Assembly: GCA_030248215.1 (NCBI GenBank)
Contig: JASANG010003752.1
Span: 310,001 to 374,000, forward strand
Origin: Enoplolaimus lenunculus
Taxonomy: Eukaryota
Length of the DNA stretch: 64,000 nt
Direction: 5' to 3'
Shown here: piece after piece, positions 34,102-48,147 of the stretch
Position numbering within the stretch: position 1 is the stretch's first letter
Layout: each line of letters opens with the position of its first letter
Translations under genes and position numbers: made by a program
The notes under the pieces: generated by a model
The model's input: the letters and a program-made list of their open reading frames with translations, nothing else
Told to the model about the DNA's origin: nothing
The model's database searches: none

Positions 34102-37100
34102 TCACTTGACTTTGAGATCGTTGGGTTTTTCGGTCATCGGCACTTCATTACTGCTCATACGCGGTCGGCATCTTTTACCGTCCGAGTGAGCCGTCCAAGC
34201 TCCGTACTTTGCTGACGGTTCCAAATTTTGAGGCGCCACAGTATCTGTTTCAGGTGATTTTAAGCTCATGCCGAACACTGTCAGATAGCGAACCTGCAAA
34301 TATAATAGTTGCAAAATGTGTTCTCACAATTATTAAACTTGTGATGCGTATATTGAGAGGAGTACTGTATTTTTGCGCGACAGTAGACTAGAGAATGCTC
34401 AAGGTTTTGACTAATTTTTCGGTCAACGCATATCTTTAAGCATAGGTTTAGTCATACGCTTATCCGTGCACTGAGGATTCGGCTTTAGGCTTCGACTGTG
34501 GAATATGTTTATAGAATTGTTACACTTGTCAATGTACTATTGGCCATTTGAGACATAAAATGGTTTATTTTGTGAAGGGTAAATGTTGAAATTGTTTAGA
34601 GGTCACAATTTGTTTCGTGTCATTTTTGTCCACGAGTTGTTCGGAACTTTTCCAGTTGGTAACTCAAAAACTCTTCCAAATGTTCACAGAACAGATTTAC
34701 CCTTATAATATCCTGGTAAGGCATCTGGTTTCCGCTGTGTATTACCAAAAAGTTTAACAGTAGCGCTATACCTTTGATAACATCCGTCGATGTTCTTCAC
34801 CCGTGGACGGCGCAGTACGGCTTACGGACGGCGCCGTACGACAAGTATACTGCAACCCTTAGGTGGTACTTGTTATGAGCATGCAGCACTGTTCACGTTA
34901 ACGTCAATTTCACAAGTCGTTACAAATAAATAAAACATGCGACTTTAAAGCGCAAACTTTGAAGCTTTTTTCGTTAAAAATGTTTTAAGGCAAGTAATTT
35001 TTGGATTTGTACCTAGATTTTATCATATTAATGAAAATGCAATGTTATGACGCTGCTCTGCTGCATCCGTATCCAAGGTTGTTTATTAAGAATGAAATGT
35101 GAACCGCCGGCATCGATTTTCATAGCTTACTATGCTAATTATATTATACTTAGTGGCTAACCAACATACAGGGGTAACAATCGTTAGCACTAATATTTTT
35201 CATGCTCGTATTCCAAATATTGATGCCAATAGTGAGAGCCGTGCCTAGGGTTACCTGGGTCCCTACATGAAACTATTAACTGTGAGCCCTTAGATTAAAA
35301 ATAGATTTGTTTTGCACCATACTTATTAAGCGATTCCGATGTCGATCTAAAATACAAGTATACGGTACATGGATAAAAACGTTTACAAACGTACTTCATC
35401 CAAATTGAGACTGTGATCTTTCCATAGTAAGCTGACTGGCACGCTAATGAACAGTAGAAGTAGCAGACCAAACATTGCGAAAAAGTTCGGTGACAGACCG
35501 TAGATAAATTGAGCTCCTGATAGTGGATTATGCGGATTAGTTGTTGACGTTGTGTCGTTGTAGACGGCAGTGAAATTATGAGTGCAATTTGCGACGCTCA
35601 CAGAAAGCGCATAAGTGTTATACGGTTTGTATATTGCAGAACCAATCGCAATCCAAACGGTCACAACAATGCTGATGAGCAAACCCGTAAACGCACCGTT
35701 TTTATTCGCAAACGGAAAGAAAAGCCCTAAAAAGTGTTGTACTACTCGCTAGAGGTGGCTTCAGCGGCGGTCTATAATGCTCTGAGTGACGGTGCGATAA
35801 TCACAAAATTGTTTAGCAATTCTACAAACCTTTCTACTCGGAAATGCAGTGTTCCATTTGGTTTCTTTTTTTCCATCAAATATTGCCATCAGTAACTGTT
35901 GTAAATGTTTGTAATACAATACTGGCGAATTTAAAACGGTTCACCGTGACTTAGGCAGCTTCAACTCCGAGATTAAAACAAAGATTTTGTATCAAGGTTT
36001 AGCACTAAAATGGCGGTCGGCATCTCGCTCGCGAGTTTTTCACGATATTCTATCTCACACGGTCCTTCATTGATAAATTCAAATATTCGCCATTGATAAA
36101 AAGTATGCGAAAATTACTGAAGTTACAAACCAATCGCCTAACGTAACGTAACGTTAAACTAAACGATTTAGTGAGAGCGTAAAGACTAAGCCTAAGCTTA
36201 GGCTTAGTAGCTTTTTACGATGTTGTCTGCAATCTGATATATATACATCCATATGAACCTGTTTTGCACATAAACATTGCGATAAAGTTCTACGTTTACC
36301 GACAGACTCTATCTGACTAAAAATAGTAGAAATCTAAACTGAATATTAGTTCTGCGACTTTCAAAAAAAGGCAGCGTCTAGTTAAAACATAAAAACTTCT
36401 AACCCAAAATGAACAAGCCAACAAGCGGCCCGCCGATGCTTCCCATCACCGAAAGGCAAGCCTTTAGAATGCCGCCGAGTGGGCCCGCGGCGAAACTCAA
36501 CGCGATTGCGAGCCCACCATAGAAAATGCCAATAATTTTCACAATCCACGTTTTTGAGTTGTCTTCAAGGCGACGAAAGTAGTTTGACGACAGGAAAAAG
36601 TCTTCCCATGTCACTGCTACCATTGAGTTGATACCACTATAAAACACAAAATTTTAATATTCACTGCAACGATTAATCCTTTCTCACATGAATATTTTCT
36701 ATTTCTCCTGAGACCTACTTTTATGCAAGGATTCGAACTCCAGTGACTAGAGTGGGAGGCGTAAACCATCACCATTCAGCTATAGGAGCTCGACGCTCGA
36801 GCCCAACGGGGCTCTCACGTTTTGAGGTGATTTAGTACTATGTATACGTGTTGCAGTTGTTAAACACGGTGCGATATATAATATTTAACGTTTATACACT
36901 GCGCTGAGTTGCCTACAGGCAACTCAATGTGCGAAGGGGTCAATGCTATGTAGTCAAAAATTCGACATTACCATAACATTCGTGAAAACAACGCTCGTTG
37001 ACAGTATTAACTCTGGCAAAACAAATGTCGGCTGTGCCTGCGCCTAGAGTATTTATTTACATCCCCTTAATAAACTTGTGTTAATTGAATTAATTAAACG

Positions 37101-40100
37101 GCAAAAAACTTTCTGTTACATTAGTATTTATTACTGCCTAACTTAATAAGCTTTAGTTTAAAGCCTAATCCAAAGCCTCGGTCTGTTTTATTAATCCGTT
37201 CTGTACTGTAGTTACCCGAACAAGAGGGGGGACTGATATTTATATGGCCTTTTTAGAGGGTATCCTGCAGTTATTCCATACGGACTGATATTTATTTTTA
37301 ACCCGCCCTTCGTTATCTATATATATATATATATTGGGTATTGCAACTATCCGTTGAATTAAACGTTTTTATTTGTCTGTGCTATTAAGTTTGGAACTCA
37401 ACTCTATTCGGTGCTGAAGTCATTTATGCACTAATGCACTACAATTTGAGAGAAATGACATTTATGGACTCTAATTATGGTTTAGGTACTCTACCCGCTT
37501 GCGGACCCTTATTAATGGTACGGACTCATATTAATTGGAACTCAAAATAGAGACCCTCTGATTACCACCCCCTGATTCGGGTCACGACAGTATATTGGTG
37601 GGGGTCCAATCGAAATAATTTATGCCGTGTTTTCCAGTAATTCAAGACGTAAGCCACTGTTTTGGGATATAAATAGGAATTAAAGCATTTAGATTGTTTA
37701 GGTGAAGTTCTGGCGAGTGAAGCGAGCGGACAGCCGGATGCTAGCTTCGTTTTCACTTCCAACACAAATATTTTATTCTTTTTGTGGATTTACATGGGGT
37801 AGTCCATCTCAGGATGCCGCAAATGAACTTGCCAACAAACCAGTAGTATTGATCATTTCATGGAAGAACACATTACATATATGTATATACTGTTCGCAAT
37901 ATACAATTTAGCCGCGCCACCGAAATGTGTCATAGGTGAAAGCTAATAATAAACCGTTAACCGTTCGTTAACAAAAATTTTCCGTTGAACTTACCTCAAC
38001 ACACTACTTACAAACCGATTTGTAACACGCATAAAGTATAGGGTCAACTATTTTGAAACACGCTCAGCGCTGTGATTGAGGTAAAAGTCAATAAGTACAT
38101 TTTGAACCTTCAAAACACGTATAAAAAGCATCAAGAATATAAATTGTTTTAAACCTAAATTTACCTTGACACAGTACTTAGCGTGCCAGAAAACAAGCAC
38201 GCTAGAAAAATGCCAGGAAATCCACGATATGATCCCAAAACGTCAAGTGAATAATGAATGACCAGTTGATCTCGGGATTGAACAAGCTTAAATGTATAAT
38301 AATTGTCATATTTCCTGGTCATGTGCTTTTAACGATTATCAGGGGCGTAAGGGTTCATTGTGTGCCAGTGAACCCCTCTTCGTATTAATACGCCAAAAGT
38401 TTGTTAATATAAAATGGAACGAAATATTTCAAATCGGACGACATTTACCACCATTACTTTTACCACAGAGACGAATACCCTGTGTACACCATTCGGTAAA
38501 ACAGTTGAAAATGTGTTAAATTTTGCAAATATCCATCACTCACATTCGATTTGATTGGATCGCAACCACGTTGAAAATAGTACGTAAACATTACTACACC
38601 GGTTAAATCGGCAAGCGTAGCGAATATCAAATAGCCAGGAATGTTTATTGCGAGGACAGTGCGTGACTTTTTAATGGTCGGAAGGCTTAGGTATCGTTGA
38701 ACGGAAATTTGATTGAATGTCAACAATGTGAACCAAAATCCGACACCACCAAGCGTTGACGTCCACATTGTCATATAATAGAATGGATTTAAATCCCAAT
38801 TGTTTATATCCTGCAAGTAAAATCACATCAACGTGTACTATAGCGCGGTGCTCAAGAGCGAAAAATAAATTACTTTAATGTATACGATATCCGGTATCCG
38901 GTTCCTGTCCCGGTCAAAATTCAATATCCGTACCGGTTGCGGTATCCTACAAATTAATATCCTGGTGAGCTGCGCAGCGCTTAGTTTACAGGGACAGCGA
39001 ATACCGTGCAAAGCACACAAAGACTTCGGTCGGATTTGGGATATGCTTACGGAAAGCTTTACAAAACAATTCCTTCCAGTGAATAGGCAGTCAGCTGTAC
39101 AAAAGTTGACCGACGTTCATGTTTTCTCCAGTTGCTTAATGCTATCGGTTGTTTTACGTACAGCTTACTTGAAATCGATCTTGTTCAATTGCAGTGTTAA
39201 AAGTTTCACCAAAGCCTCCGTTATCCGCAATACCTTTGAAGAAAAGCGCCATGCAGCCAGTCAACATAAAAACAAATTGAAGTGCATCTGTAACATTAAC
39301 GTACATTAAGATATATTCCTTTCAATTTTGAGTTGTAAGTGTTTTTATAATATTTAGCGACTGTGACTATTTGGGCCGACCAATAGAAGGTCTAGTAAAA
39401 CCGTCAGTGCACTTTTCAAAATAATCACGGAAACCGATAGTAATATTTGCAATGAGTAAATTTACGGGGAATCTTAAAATTAACGCTATCCGTGAAGTGT
39501 TTTGAACTAAAAGTACTTAAAAAGAATCAATACAAAACCCAAAAAAATAACAATGGATAATAAGCATTTGTTTATTTGCATATATGCATTATTTTCTGCT
39601 GTTATTATTGAAACTGTATTATTATTATTATTGGTGAATGTAAACTGTGAGGGTAAAACTGAAAAAATTAAGAAACAAGAATTATGTTATGATGATTTGC
39701 GAAATAGTTCGTTAATGGTATAAAATTTGCCTCACTTTTTGACGAAAAATTTTGGGACTCAAGAGGGGCTTTGGAACCTTGAAACAGAATTTTTTCAAAA
39801 CTCAGATCTATGCTTGGAATGATCAAGGCAGGTCAAAAGAACCTCAAATATGCAAAATTTTTAAAATACATCCATTTTTGAGCATCGCCGGCTGGGGGAT
39901 AACAGAAAAGGCACCATTTTTAATTTTCCATTTCAGTTTTTGAATACGCTTAAACGCTAACTAATATGTTGTGCTTGACGCGAATTTTTCCATTTCTGCG
40001 AACATGAATTTCTAAAAAGCTCACACAATTATCGCTACACCATCAGTGCCGAGTTATTTTTAATATTTCAATATTGCATGTCTTATCAATTTAACCACAC

Positions 40101-43100
40101 GGCAGCGTTGTTTAGCTCTCCCAAGATAAAAGATGAAGTACTGCGTGGTATGGTTACGAATACTGTTTGCACAACTCCCGATATCATGCAGGACGGAGTC
40201 GTGAAAAATACAAATTTACTCAGAGGAGCATTTTTCTGGCTTGACGGAACCTCGGACCACATAGCCACGAGCCTGCTTACCCGTCCATACGACAGCTTTT
40301 ATTCCTCCGAATGACGTATACAGTGTGCACAAGACTCCGACAGAAATGAAAAACACGTACGCGTTGATATTTGTGATTTTGCTGAGCGCAATCGACGGGG
40401 CGTACAGTACCTGAAGTAAAAAATGGTTGATTTTGGTGAGAAATATATACCGCAACCAGAATCGAACCGTGAAAATTTTCAACGGGCAATAATTACCAGT
40501 AGCACATTTTTGTCAAGAGTCAGAACATATATTATACTGATGCAGGACCTTGCGAGCAAAGCGAGCAAAAAAGCCAACGGCAATTTTAGTTAAAAATGCT
40601 TTCGTGTCAGCCCGGCAGCGCATCCAATCCGGATACCTGGCACACCTTAGATCTGTCACAAAAGCTAACAAGCGAAGAAATTAGACATAAATGTTGCATT
40701 GAACCAACTCAATCTAGATAGAAAAATATAGTTTTTGTGCGTCAAAACAAAGATACATCCCCTCTAGCAACGCAGTAACTAATACCAGTATTTCTGTAGA
40801 AATGGGGGCGTGCGACAAATAATGGAAAAAACTCGTGAGCGAAGCGAGCGATAAGCCAGTGCAATTTTGTCCTAAGTCTTCATACGAAATCTTGGTTTTG
40901 ACTCGTGTTGGTGACACACAGACAGATGGTATCAACCATTCGACTCCCAAGTAGAAAATATAAAACGCTTCGAGAGAATCAAATAATGGTCAGTACGACC
41001 AAACCATTTATGAATATACGTTTGATGGGCTCGTCCGTAAACCAAAATCAAGGTTTCGTCCATATGTGACGGGTGCTCTAATCAAGACTGGATGAAACCT
41101 TATAGACAAGTGTCTACTAGCTTCTTGTTTAAGCGTGATACAAAATGTACCACAGCGCGCTGCCATTTTTTACCCCCATCAATTTTGCGTGGGGTCGAAG
41201 TTGCGAGAAATAGTAGCAAATCTTGGGTGAAAAATCACAGTTCCTTTTAGAATATACGGAGAGGATTAATTTAGCCTGCATAAAGCCACAACCTGTTTCC
41301 AATTATGAAGCTTCACTGTTTCCAGAAATGGGGAAAGGTCGGTCAAAAACGCAACGCGTGCTGGGTACATTCGTTTCTACACAGAGCGTGGGTTTCTTCG
41401 GTTATAGTTCCGCCAGTAAGCGGTGGCAAAAATGATGCGAGTTTGACAATTTTTTGCATATTTGAGCTTCTCATGGCATCTTCTAGTCACTTCACAATCG
41501 AATTTGAGTTTTTGAAAAAATTCGGTTTCTTGCTCGGTGTTGAGGTACCCATTGAACGCCAAAAATAATTTCTGACACCAATTGTATTTCGGTAAAACTT
41601 GCATGGTTGAGTCGAATGGTGCTTCGCTTTCCACAATCAAACGACACGGTAACGAGTTATAGTTCAATAACTGGTTTGACGCTCTGCCAGCGATCTTGGG
41701 ACCGACAAAAACCGAATTTTTAGAATTAAAATTAAGCAGAAATGTGCAAAAAAATTTAGATTTGGACCATTATTGGGCAAACGGCGGCAAATGAAATAAC
41801 CCAAAATACCCCCAGAAAGCACCCAGTTGCACTGTCTAGACTAAAAGTATCATCCACTCTTGCTCAAGGCTGTTGACAAACTACGCCAAACACCGCTTAC
41901 AATCGCCATGTATGCAGCCATAAACAGCAAATACAAAACAGAGCCGCACAACCGTAGAATATATGAACCGAATCGTTTTTCGAAATATTCATAAACGCTG
42001 ATGGGTTTGATTTTCCAAAATATCGGAAGCACAACAAACATCGCCAGCAGAACTGCGATCGGAGTTCCTGCAAGTCGAGTCACCCACATGAGAACGCCTG
42101 AAGTCAACGAATTAAACCACAGTTCACTATGCAGGTATTTCATACGAAAGTATTTGCAAAACGAACGTGAAAGCGAGAATATTTGTGGATCTTCAAAAAT
42201 ATCCTCAAGGATGTTAAAGGTACAACATTTGGCCCTTTTTTGCATTTCATTGGTCCTACCCGAGTTTAACATTTATTGCTGCCACAATTAGCTTGTTTCA
42301 AAATCCATTATTAACTAGTGACAGGTGCTGCATACATTTGAGAATATGAATCTTAAGAAACTTTAAATCAGGCTTGTAGCCAGAAGGGGTGGCTTAGCCC
42401 CGCACAGATGAATTTTGGAACCCCTAGAAAGTTTTCAACCTTGTTTGTATTCATCGAAAATACTTTAATGCTCCTCCTGAAAATATTTAAACCCCCCTGC
42501 AAGATGACCTGGGTACGGCCCTGATATTAAAATTGAAATTTTTCAAATATAGTGCCAAAAACCCCTTACAGCGTTAGAGAGATTTAAAGTAATGTTTTAG
42601 CACGAAAAGCATGAATTTCTGCTCTATTAAAAAGTTATGCATAAGTATCATTTAGCACAGCGATGTTCTTAGGTTTTTGTGCATATGTCGTGACCCAAAC
42701 AGCAATTTACTCCAGTTGGCAGCTGGATCGACCCAAACGACGGTTGCTGTCCGGGGCAGCCCATACAACTATTGGCAAACAAACTGAATTTGATTGGATT
42801 GATTGCACAAACCAAACAGCTACAGGAGTGTAAACTGTTTGTGATTGGTTGCACAAGAGTTTCGACTATGTTGAGAAAACAGACTTCAAAAGTAATTATT
42901 TGGTTTCACCATATTTGCAAACTATAAATTAAACAAAATTTATATGGGGTGGAAGATTACAGATGCGAAATATCGTTGGCCAATCAAAACAGGATATCTA
43001 TTTAAAACAATATATTTTAGCCGCACTTTTTTGTTCCGTAGCACCTTTGAAATCTATATGCCCGCCCTCTGTGAGAAACTCATGGATCTGTCATTAAATC

Positions 43101-44360
43101 GACAATATATTCTTAAAATATAACCTTTACTATGTTTGTTTCTTCCACTTCTATCTGTCGTAAACGCTCCCCTTATAGAAATTTCTGATCCGTTGCTGTG
43201 CCTCTAACAAGAATAAGAAAGGCAACACAAAATTAAGGCACACGATCACACAGCTTCGTTTGTATGTTGCAATCAAATACAGTTTGCATTCCATTAGCTG
43301 TTTGGGCTATTCCAAACAGCAATTTTGTCATATGAGCCGTCCCAGTTATTTACTTGGGAAAATAGCTGTTCGACATTAAAATATTCGATGAGTTTAGTGA
43401 TACAAACTATAAAACAGTACAAATAGCAGTTTAGCTCAAAGAACCGTTAACATCAACTGCACAAAGACATGTCTTATTTTGCTCAAAAGTTCGAGTCGGT
43501 CAAATATCAGCAATTACCTTTCTGGTACACTTCTGCGGGGAATCCTAGCAAGGATACACCGGACAAAAAACTGACCAATAGCGACAGCGCAGTAGGAATC
43601 ACATGCATCTTATTGTCGCCCATCAATATACTTTCCGGCGACTTTTTCTGCAATAATGAATGACTTGCAATTAATAGCGTTATATAATTGCAAATTATAA
43701 CCGTAATTAATTTTCAAATGTTATAGGCGACCGGTGTCACTGTTTAATACTTTCCGAGTTCGATCATTCACTGAGGACCAAAACTTTAGCTGGGCACGTT
43801 GGTTTTCAAAAAAGCCTTTAGTTTATTGCACTTGTTGAAATTATAATTTACTTTTACTGCTCATAATTAAGATCAATGACACATCTGCTCAATTTGACAC
43901 GGAACCAAAACGATACTTGACACATAAGCTTGACTGACCCTGTTTAGACTCGGTGAATTTCTTGATTTTATAGCTTGCTTCAAACGAAGTGGTGTAACGG
44001 GCACCCACACTGCAAAAATAGTGAGTCAAATTGAATCTCTCCGAAATAGGCTCTACTGGACTACACAACTGAGTCAAATTCGACTCTGCCAGATTCACAT
44101 TCGACTCGCTGAGTCGCACGTTTGAGGTTTGACTGGCATAGTCAAATTTGACTCAGTTTGTATAGTCTCGTAGAGCCTATTTCAGGGAGAGCCAATTTGA
44201 CTCACATATGCAGTGTAACGAACCTGTCTCTAGATCCACTCTTGCATACCTTCTTGACGAATTCATATACTGAAAAGCCCAAACCAATCGCACCAGACGC
44301 GACCATTGTCAGAGCAAATAAGGCGTAGTCAGCAGCCGAAAAAGTCTTTGAATTTGTCAT
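34102..44360 (-). CDS. Sodium:solute symporter, SLC5 family (SLC5A6/A8/A12-like), 10 exons, ~610 aa
   Basis: Exons (minus strand) 44360-44250, 43647-43518, 42097-41901, 40410-40281, 39287-39169, 38810-38544, 38286-38165, 36636-36404, 35726-35395, 34293-34102; all GT-AG and phase-compatible, 1833 nt. Motifs LLGFPAEVY, SVYEYFEKRF, LYAPSIAL, GGIKAVVWTD, NQISVQRYLS, SGTLSTVSSGINS. AATAAA at 34056-34051. The last exon is the least certain. Confidence 0.93.
36677..36939. mobile_element. piggyBac-like MITE containing a tRNA-derived segment, in an SLC5 intron
   Basis: TTAA-TCCTTTCTCACAT...ATGTGCGAAGGGG-TCAA (degenerate TTAA TSD and TIRs). Confidence 0.5.
36724..36790 (-). pseudogene. tRNA-derived (Gly-CCC-like) Pol III head / SINE-like fragment, not a functional tRNA
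   Basis: A box TAGCTGAATGG, CGCCTCCCAC anticodon region, B box GAGTTCGAATCC; acceptor stem cannot pair. Confidence 0.55.
44007..44216. mobile_element. Fold-back MITE in SLC5 intron 1
   Basis: ACACTGCA...TGCAGTGT termini with ~85-bp imperfect inverted arms containing repeated GAGTCAAATT. Confidence 0.75.
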
Positions 44361-45602
44361 TTTTGCATAAAAAATTATGTACAGATGAACAAACTGAGTA
44401 ATAAATACCTATAACATTATAAACAACGTATCCCTTGGCGGCAGTGTTCAAAAACAAATGAAAAATACTAGAATCGGTGGCTAAAAAAATTTGCCACAGC
44501 CGAAAGTGAAGCGAAATTACGCAGTTAAAATAATGTTTAATTTGCTAATTTGATCAAAAATATATTTGTCAAATGTTGTCAAAATATTAGGTTTTAGACT
44601 ATGTTTATTTGTTAAGGAATACCGACCACTCATTCTTTATAATAATTATACCCATTGTTAAAAGCAACAAGTTTCTAACAATGCAATTTTGTGAAACTAT
44701 GAAAAATTTTACTACCGAAATTGCCGAAATTTCAGTCACAAATTCTACCTTAGCAGAATACAAAGGTCTCCTCTTCTGCGGGAGCCGGAGCTCGAGGCAG
44801 ACCTCCTGTTGTACCCTGCTTTGCTGTGTTCTTAGTTTAGTTATTGCAGGGCCGCAACTACGGAAGGATGAGAGGTTGCGTCGCCCATAAGTGTTTAAAA
44901 ATTTTGTTTTAGGAATGTTTACGAGAAATATCAGCATTTAAGGTTTGAAGGCTGATCCAAAATTACAAATAAACTTAGTTACGGAAAGAAACTCTGTAAA
45001 ACTACACAAAGTTCCACTTCCGACATTGCTACAACATTCGGAAAAAATTCTATCGGGGCCGTAGCCGGATGTACGCTTTCTGCTTGAGTTCGGTGGTAGA
45101 CCTCGGGCTGTACTGTGATATCGACGGTTTCTGTTTCCTGAGCCCATTTCGAAAACCAAATGTTTGAGCCCCATAACAACGGCAGATTCACGACCTTTCG
45201 TTTGGTACATACAAGGATGGCCAATCGCGCCGAATTTTGAATCCTAGGAGACTGAGTGAGCAGACTGGGCCAAACCGTTCGCCACTTGTGTACCCATTGC
45301 AAAAGTGCACTACTCTCAACTACACATGATATCTCAAGGGTAAGCTGCAAAAACATGAACACACACACAGACAATGCACACGTTCCGCTGTCCAAAACTT
45401 AAAATTCCAGAATTGATTGTAGTAATCCAAAACGTTAAATTAGAATATTGCACCGACCGATACCGTAAAATACCGATCCTATGCCGACACTTATCATATG
45501 TACCATACCGCAAATCAAGCCAGACTGGCAGGACATAAAAAATTCCCGCGGCAAATGCCGATATTATCCTCGGTTCTGAATTTCAGCATTCTTAGAAGTC
45601 AG

Positions 45603-46068
45603 GGCCCATCTAAATAACAGGGGTGGAACCGTATTATAAGCATATTCCTAAGCCTAAGCCTAAGCCTAAGCCTAAGCGTAAGAATGAGCATATTCCTAAA
45701 CCTAAGCCTAAGCCTAACCGTAAGAATGAGCATATTCCTAAACCTAAGCCTAAGCCTAAGCGTAAGAATGAGAATATTACTAAACCTAAGCCTAAGCCTA
45801 AGCCTAAGCCTAAGCGTAAGAATGAGCATATTCCTAAACCTAAGCCTAAGCCTAACCGTAAGAATGAGCATATTCCTAAACCTAAGCCTAAGCCTAAGCG
45901 TAAGAATGAGCATATTCCTAAACCTAAGCCTAAGCCTAAGCGTAAGAATGAGCATATTACTAAACCTAAGCCTAAGCCTAAGCCAAGCAAAAAAATTAGT
46001 CTAAAGCTTGAGCTTACTCTGTTGTAGCCCCACAGAAAAACTTGCCGTCCCGGATCTTTACATGCGCC
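45603..46068. mobile_element. Merlin-like MITE with an expanded telomeric-repeat minisatellite
   Basis: GGCCCAT...CATGCGCC termini, perfect 8-bp TSD GAAGTCAG, internal (GCCTAA)n array. Confidence 0.8.
45639..45983. repeat. Compound minisatellite: 42-54-bp units of AGCATATTCCTAAACCTAA(GCCTAA)nGCGTAAGAATG
   Basis: Seven full units plus one partial; unit lengths differ by whole GCCTAA hexamers. Confidence 0.92.
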
Positions 46069-47796
46069 GAAGTCAGTAACGCAAGTGGCTGCTGTACAGC
46101 ATTCCATCTACTGTAATTTAATTTCGTTCAACTTTCAAAGATATTAATTGCATGAACCTATCGTAACAATTCGGAAAGGCTTTAGGATTTAGGAATATGA
46201 TTATACTGCTGTTACGCCTATAGAAGTGTAACATTGACCGAAACATTTACATATACTTCACACGTATTTGTCAAAAAATTTAGTATCCCTTGGTTAAACT
46301 AAAGCATGATTCGTCTCTCTTACCGTTTCAGGGGTTGCTTATTAAAGCCAGTCTTATTTCGGTTAAAGCTTCGTGTTTCACAACACAAGCACCCTTACCT
46401 TACAATTTTACCATTACACGATTTCTTGGTGAAAAACTTATAACACCTTACAATTTTTGCGTTTCATAACATTTGCAAGCCCGCCCCCCTGTCAGCAATT
46501 TTTGGATCAGGCTCCGACCCTATGAAATGAGTATATATTTATTATTAGATAGAACGCAATTTATATATTCAACTCAGTTGGTCTGAAAATACAGTAATAA
46601 AGATGTTATCGGTGCATGGCTCTCAAAAAAACCCAAAACTCATACCCTGATGTTGCAGATACCGCTATATCGGCAGAATACTACTGAAAACCACATATCT
46701 CGGCAACCGAGAGTCAATACTTGCAGAGGAGAGGTAGAGCAACGAAAACAGCAATCCGCAATTTTAGTGCTGAATTCGAACGCAAAAATGTGTTTTTGCT
46801 TTTATAACGAGCAAGCGAGAACCGGCCGACGTTTTTGCATTCAAAATCCTCGAAAAAATTTTTTACTTTTGTTCACTGAAAGAGTTTTAAAATTAATAGC
46901 TCTGTCCTTTAGAGGTGGGGGCTTTGTTTCAAGCCGGCCCCTATTAAAGGTTTTGGGGTCGCAATCCACGGCCCTATCAAATTTATTAAGATGCAGAAAT
47001 AGAAAATGGCAGAGAAAAGCTGAAAATATTCTATAACATTTTTACAAGAACAAGTAAAATAGAAAATGGTAGATTCACATGAGAGCATCAGCCTCTATGG
47101 CATGAGTCGTGGCCGACCTACTTATACGCCGTTAACAATAATTTTGGTCAACGGTGCCACAAAATATGCTATATCTCAGGGCTTTCACAAGGTCATTTTC
47201 AAAACGAGCCCGTGACAGCCCAGGGCTACTCTTATAGTCCAGGGCTATCACGTGTCAGCGCCTTCCTCGAAACTCGTGCTAGCTCTCGGCTATCACAAAC
47301 CTTAGGCTACCACGTGCTGTACGTTGTTGGTTGGTTATTTTATAGCCGTAAACCAAACATAATTTTATTTTGAACAAGTCCAACGCCGAATGTACAAAAA
47401 TGGTATCGTTTTGTGGGTTCGGCTTTAACTTTTATTAGCTAAATTCGAAATTGTGCTGAATTACGTCTTGGGCTACAACATTAAAGAATCCAATTGAAGA
47501 AAATCTTTTTTGTGGAGAGAAAATAAAGAAGTTTCAAAAATTTAAACATCGTGTAGTTCAGTTTTACAAACTGCCTCGAATAGTACATATAATTTGTCTA
47601 ACTTTTTGGCAAAACTCTGCGTCCTAAAGGGGGTTTGTTGGGCGTTGAATGATCACGGGAAGTCATGAAATGCTCAAATATGAGAAATTTTTCGAAATAC
47701 CAACCTTTTTGAGTAGACGCCGGCTGGGTGAATGACCGAAATGACCCGTAAACTGTAAGTATAAACTAAAAACATTTTTTGCTTTAATATGTTTAA

Positions 47797-47914
47797 ATTG
47801 TGACGACAAAAACACTACACTCGACATACAATAGAATAAAAGAGAGTATAATAGTATTGTGACGACAAAAACACTACACTCGACATACAATAGAATAAAA
47901 GAGAGTATAATAGT
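47797..47914. repeat. Perfect 59-bp tandem duplication
   Basis: ATTGTGACGACAAAAACACTACACTCGACATACAATAGAATAAAAGAGAGTATAATAGT x2. Confidence 0.9.
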
Positions 47915-47972
47915 TTTGAAACACTAAAGTTTTGAATTACATATGGTAGAAATTTTTAGTTTCAATACTACT

Positions 47973-48147
47973 CAGGGTCGGAGCAGCCACCGTCATACCC
48001 CCATTTGAGGCCCCATTCTAACCGGTTGAAACAAAATCCGTCAAAGTTTTAAAATGGGTCTGGTGTTCTTGCTCGCTTCGCTAGCGAGTTTGGGACCCCC
48101 ATCCTGGAGTTTGTAAAAAGACCCCACCCGTTTCTGCTCCGGGACTG
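47973..48147. mobile_element. hAT-type MITE
   Basis: CAGGGTCGGAGCAG...CTGCTCCGGGACTG; TSD ATACTACT/ACACTACT. Confidence 0.7.

Noticed and set aside
35300..35346. Extra small SLC5 exon after a 48-bp intron
   Set aside because: In the required phase it reaches a stop after 6 codons; the 34293-34102 exon gives a typical length and has a polyA signal. An alternative short terminus cannot be excluded.
36724..36790. Functional tRNA-Gly gene
   Set aside because: The acceptor and anticodon stems do not pair; kept only as a tRNA-derived fragment.
44605..45395. Cluster of ORFs upstream of the SLC5 start
   Set aside because: Slightly GC-richer but no recognisable domain or consistent exon chain.
45639..45983. 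CRISPR-like array or true chromosome telomere
   Set aside because: There are no unique spacers and the DNA is eukaryotic; the array is internal, interrupted and bounded by MITE TIRs and a TSD.
45599..46107. Four overlapping ORFs with PKPK, LGLG, LRLR and LSLS repeats
   Set aside because: They are translations of the (GCCTAA)n minisatellite; unit lengths are multiples of 6, so several frames stay open.
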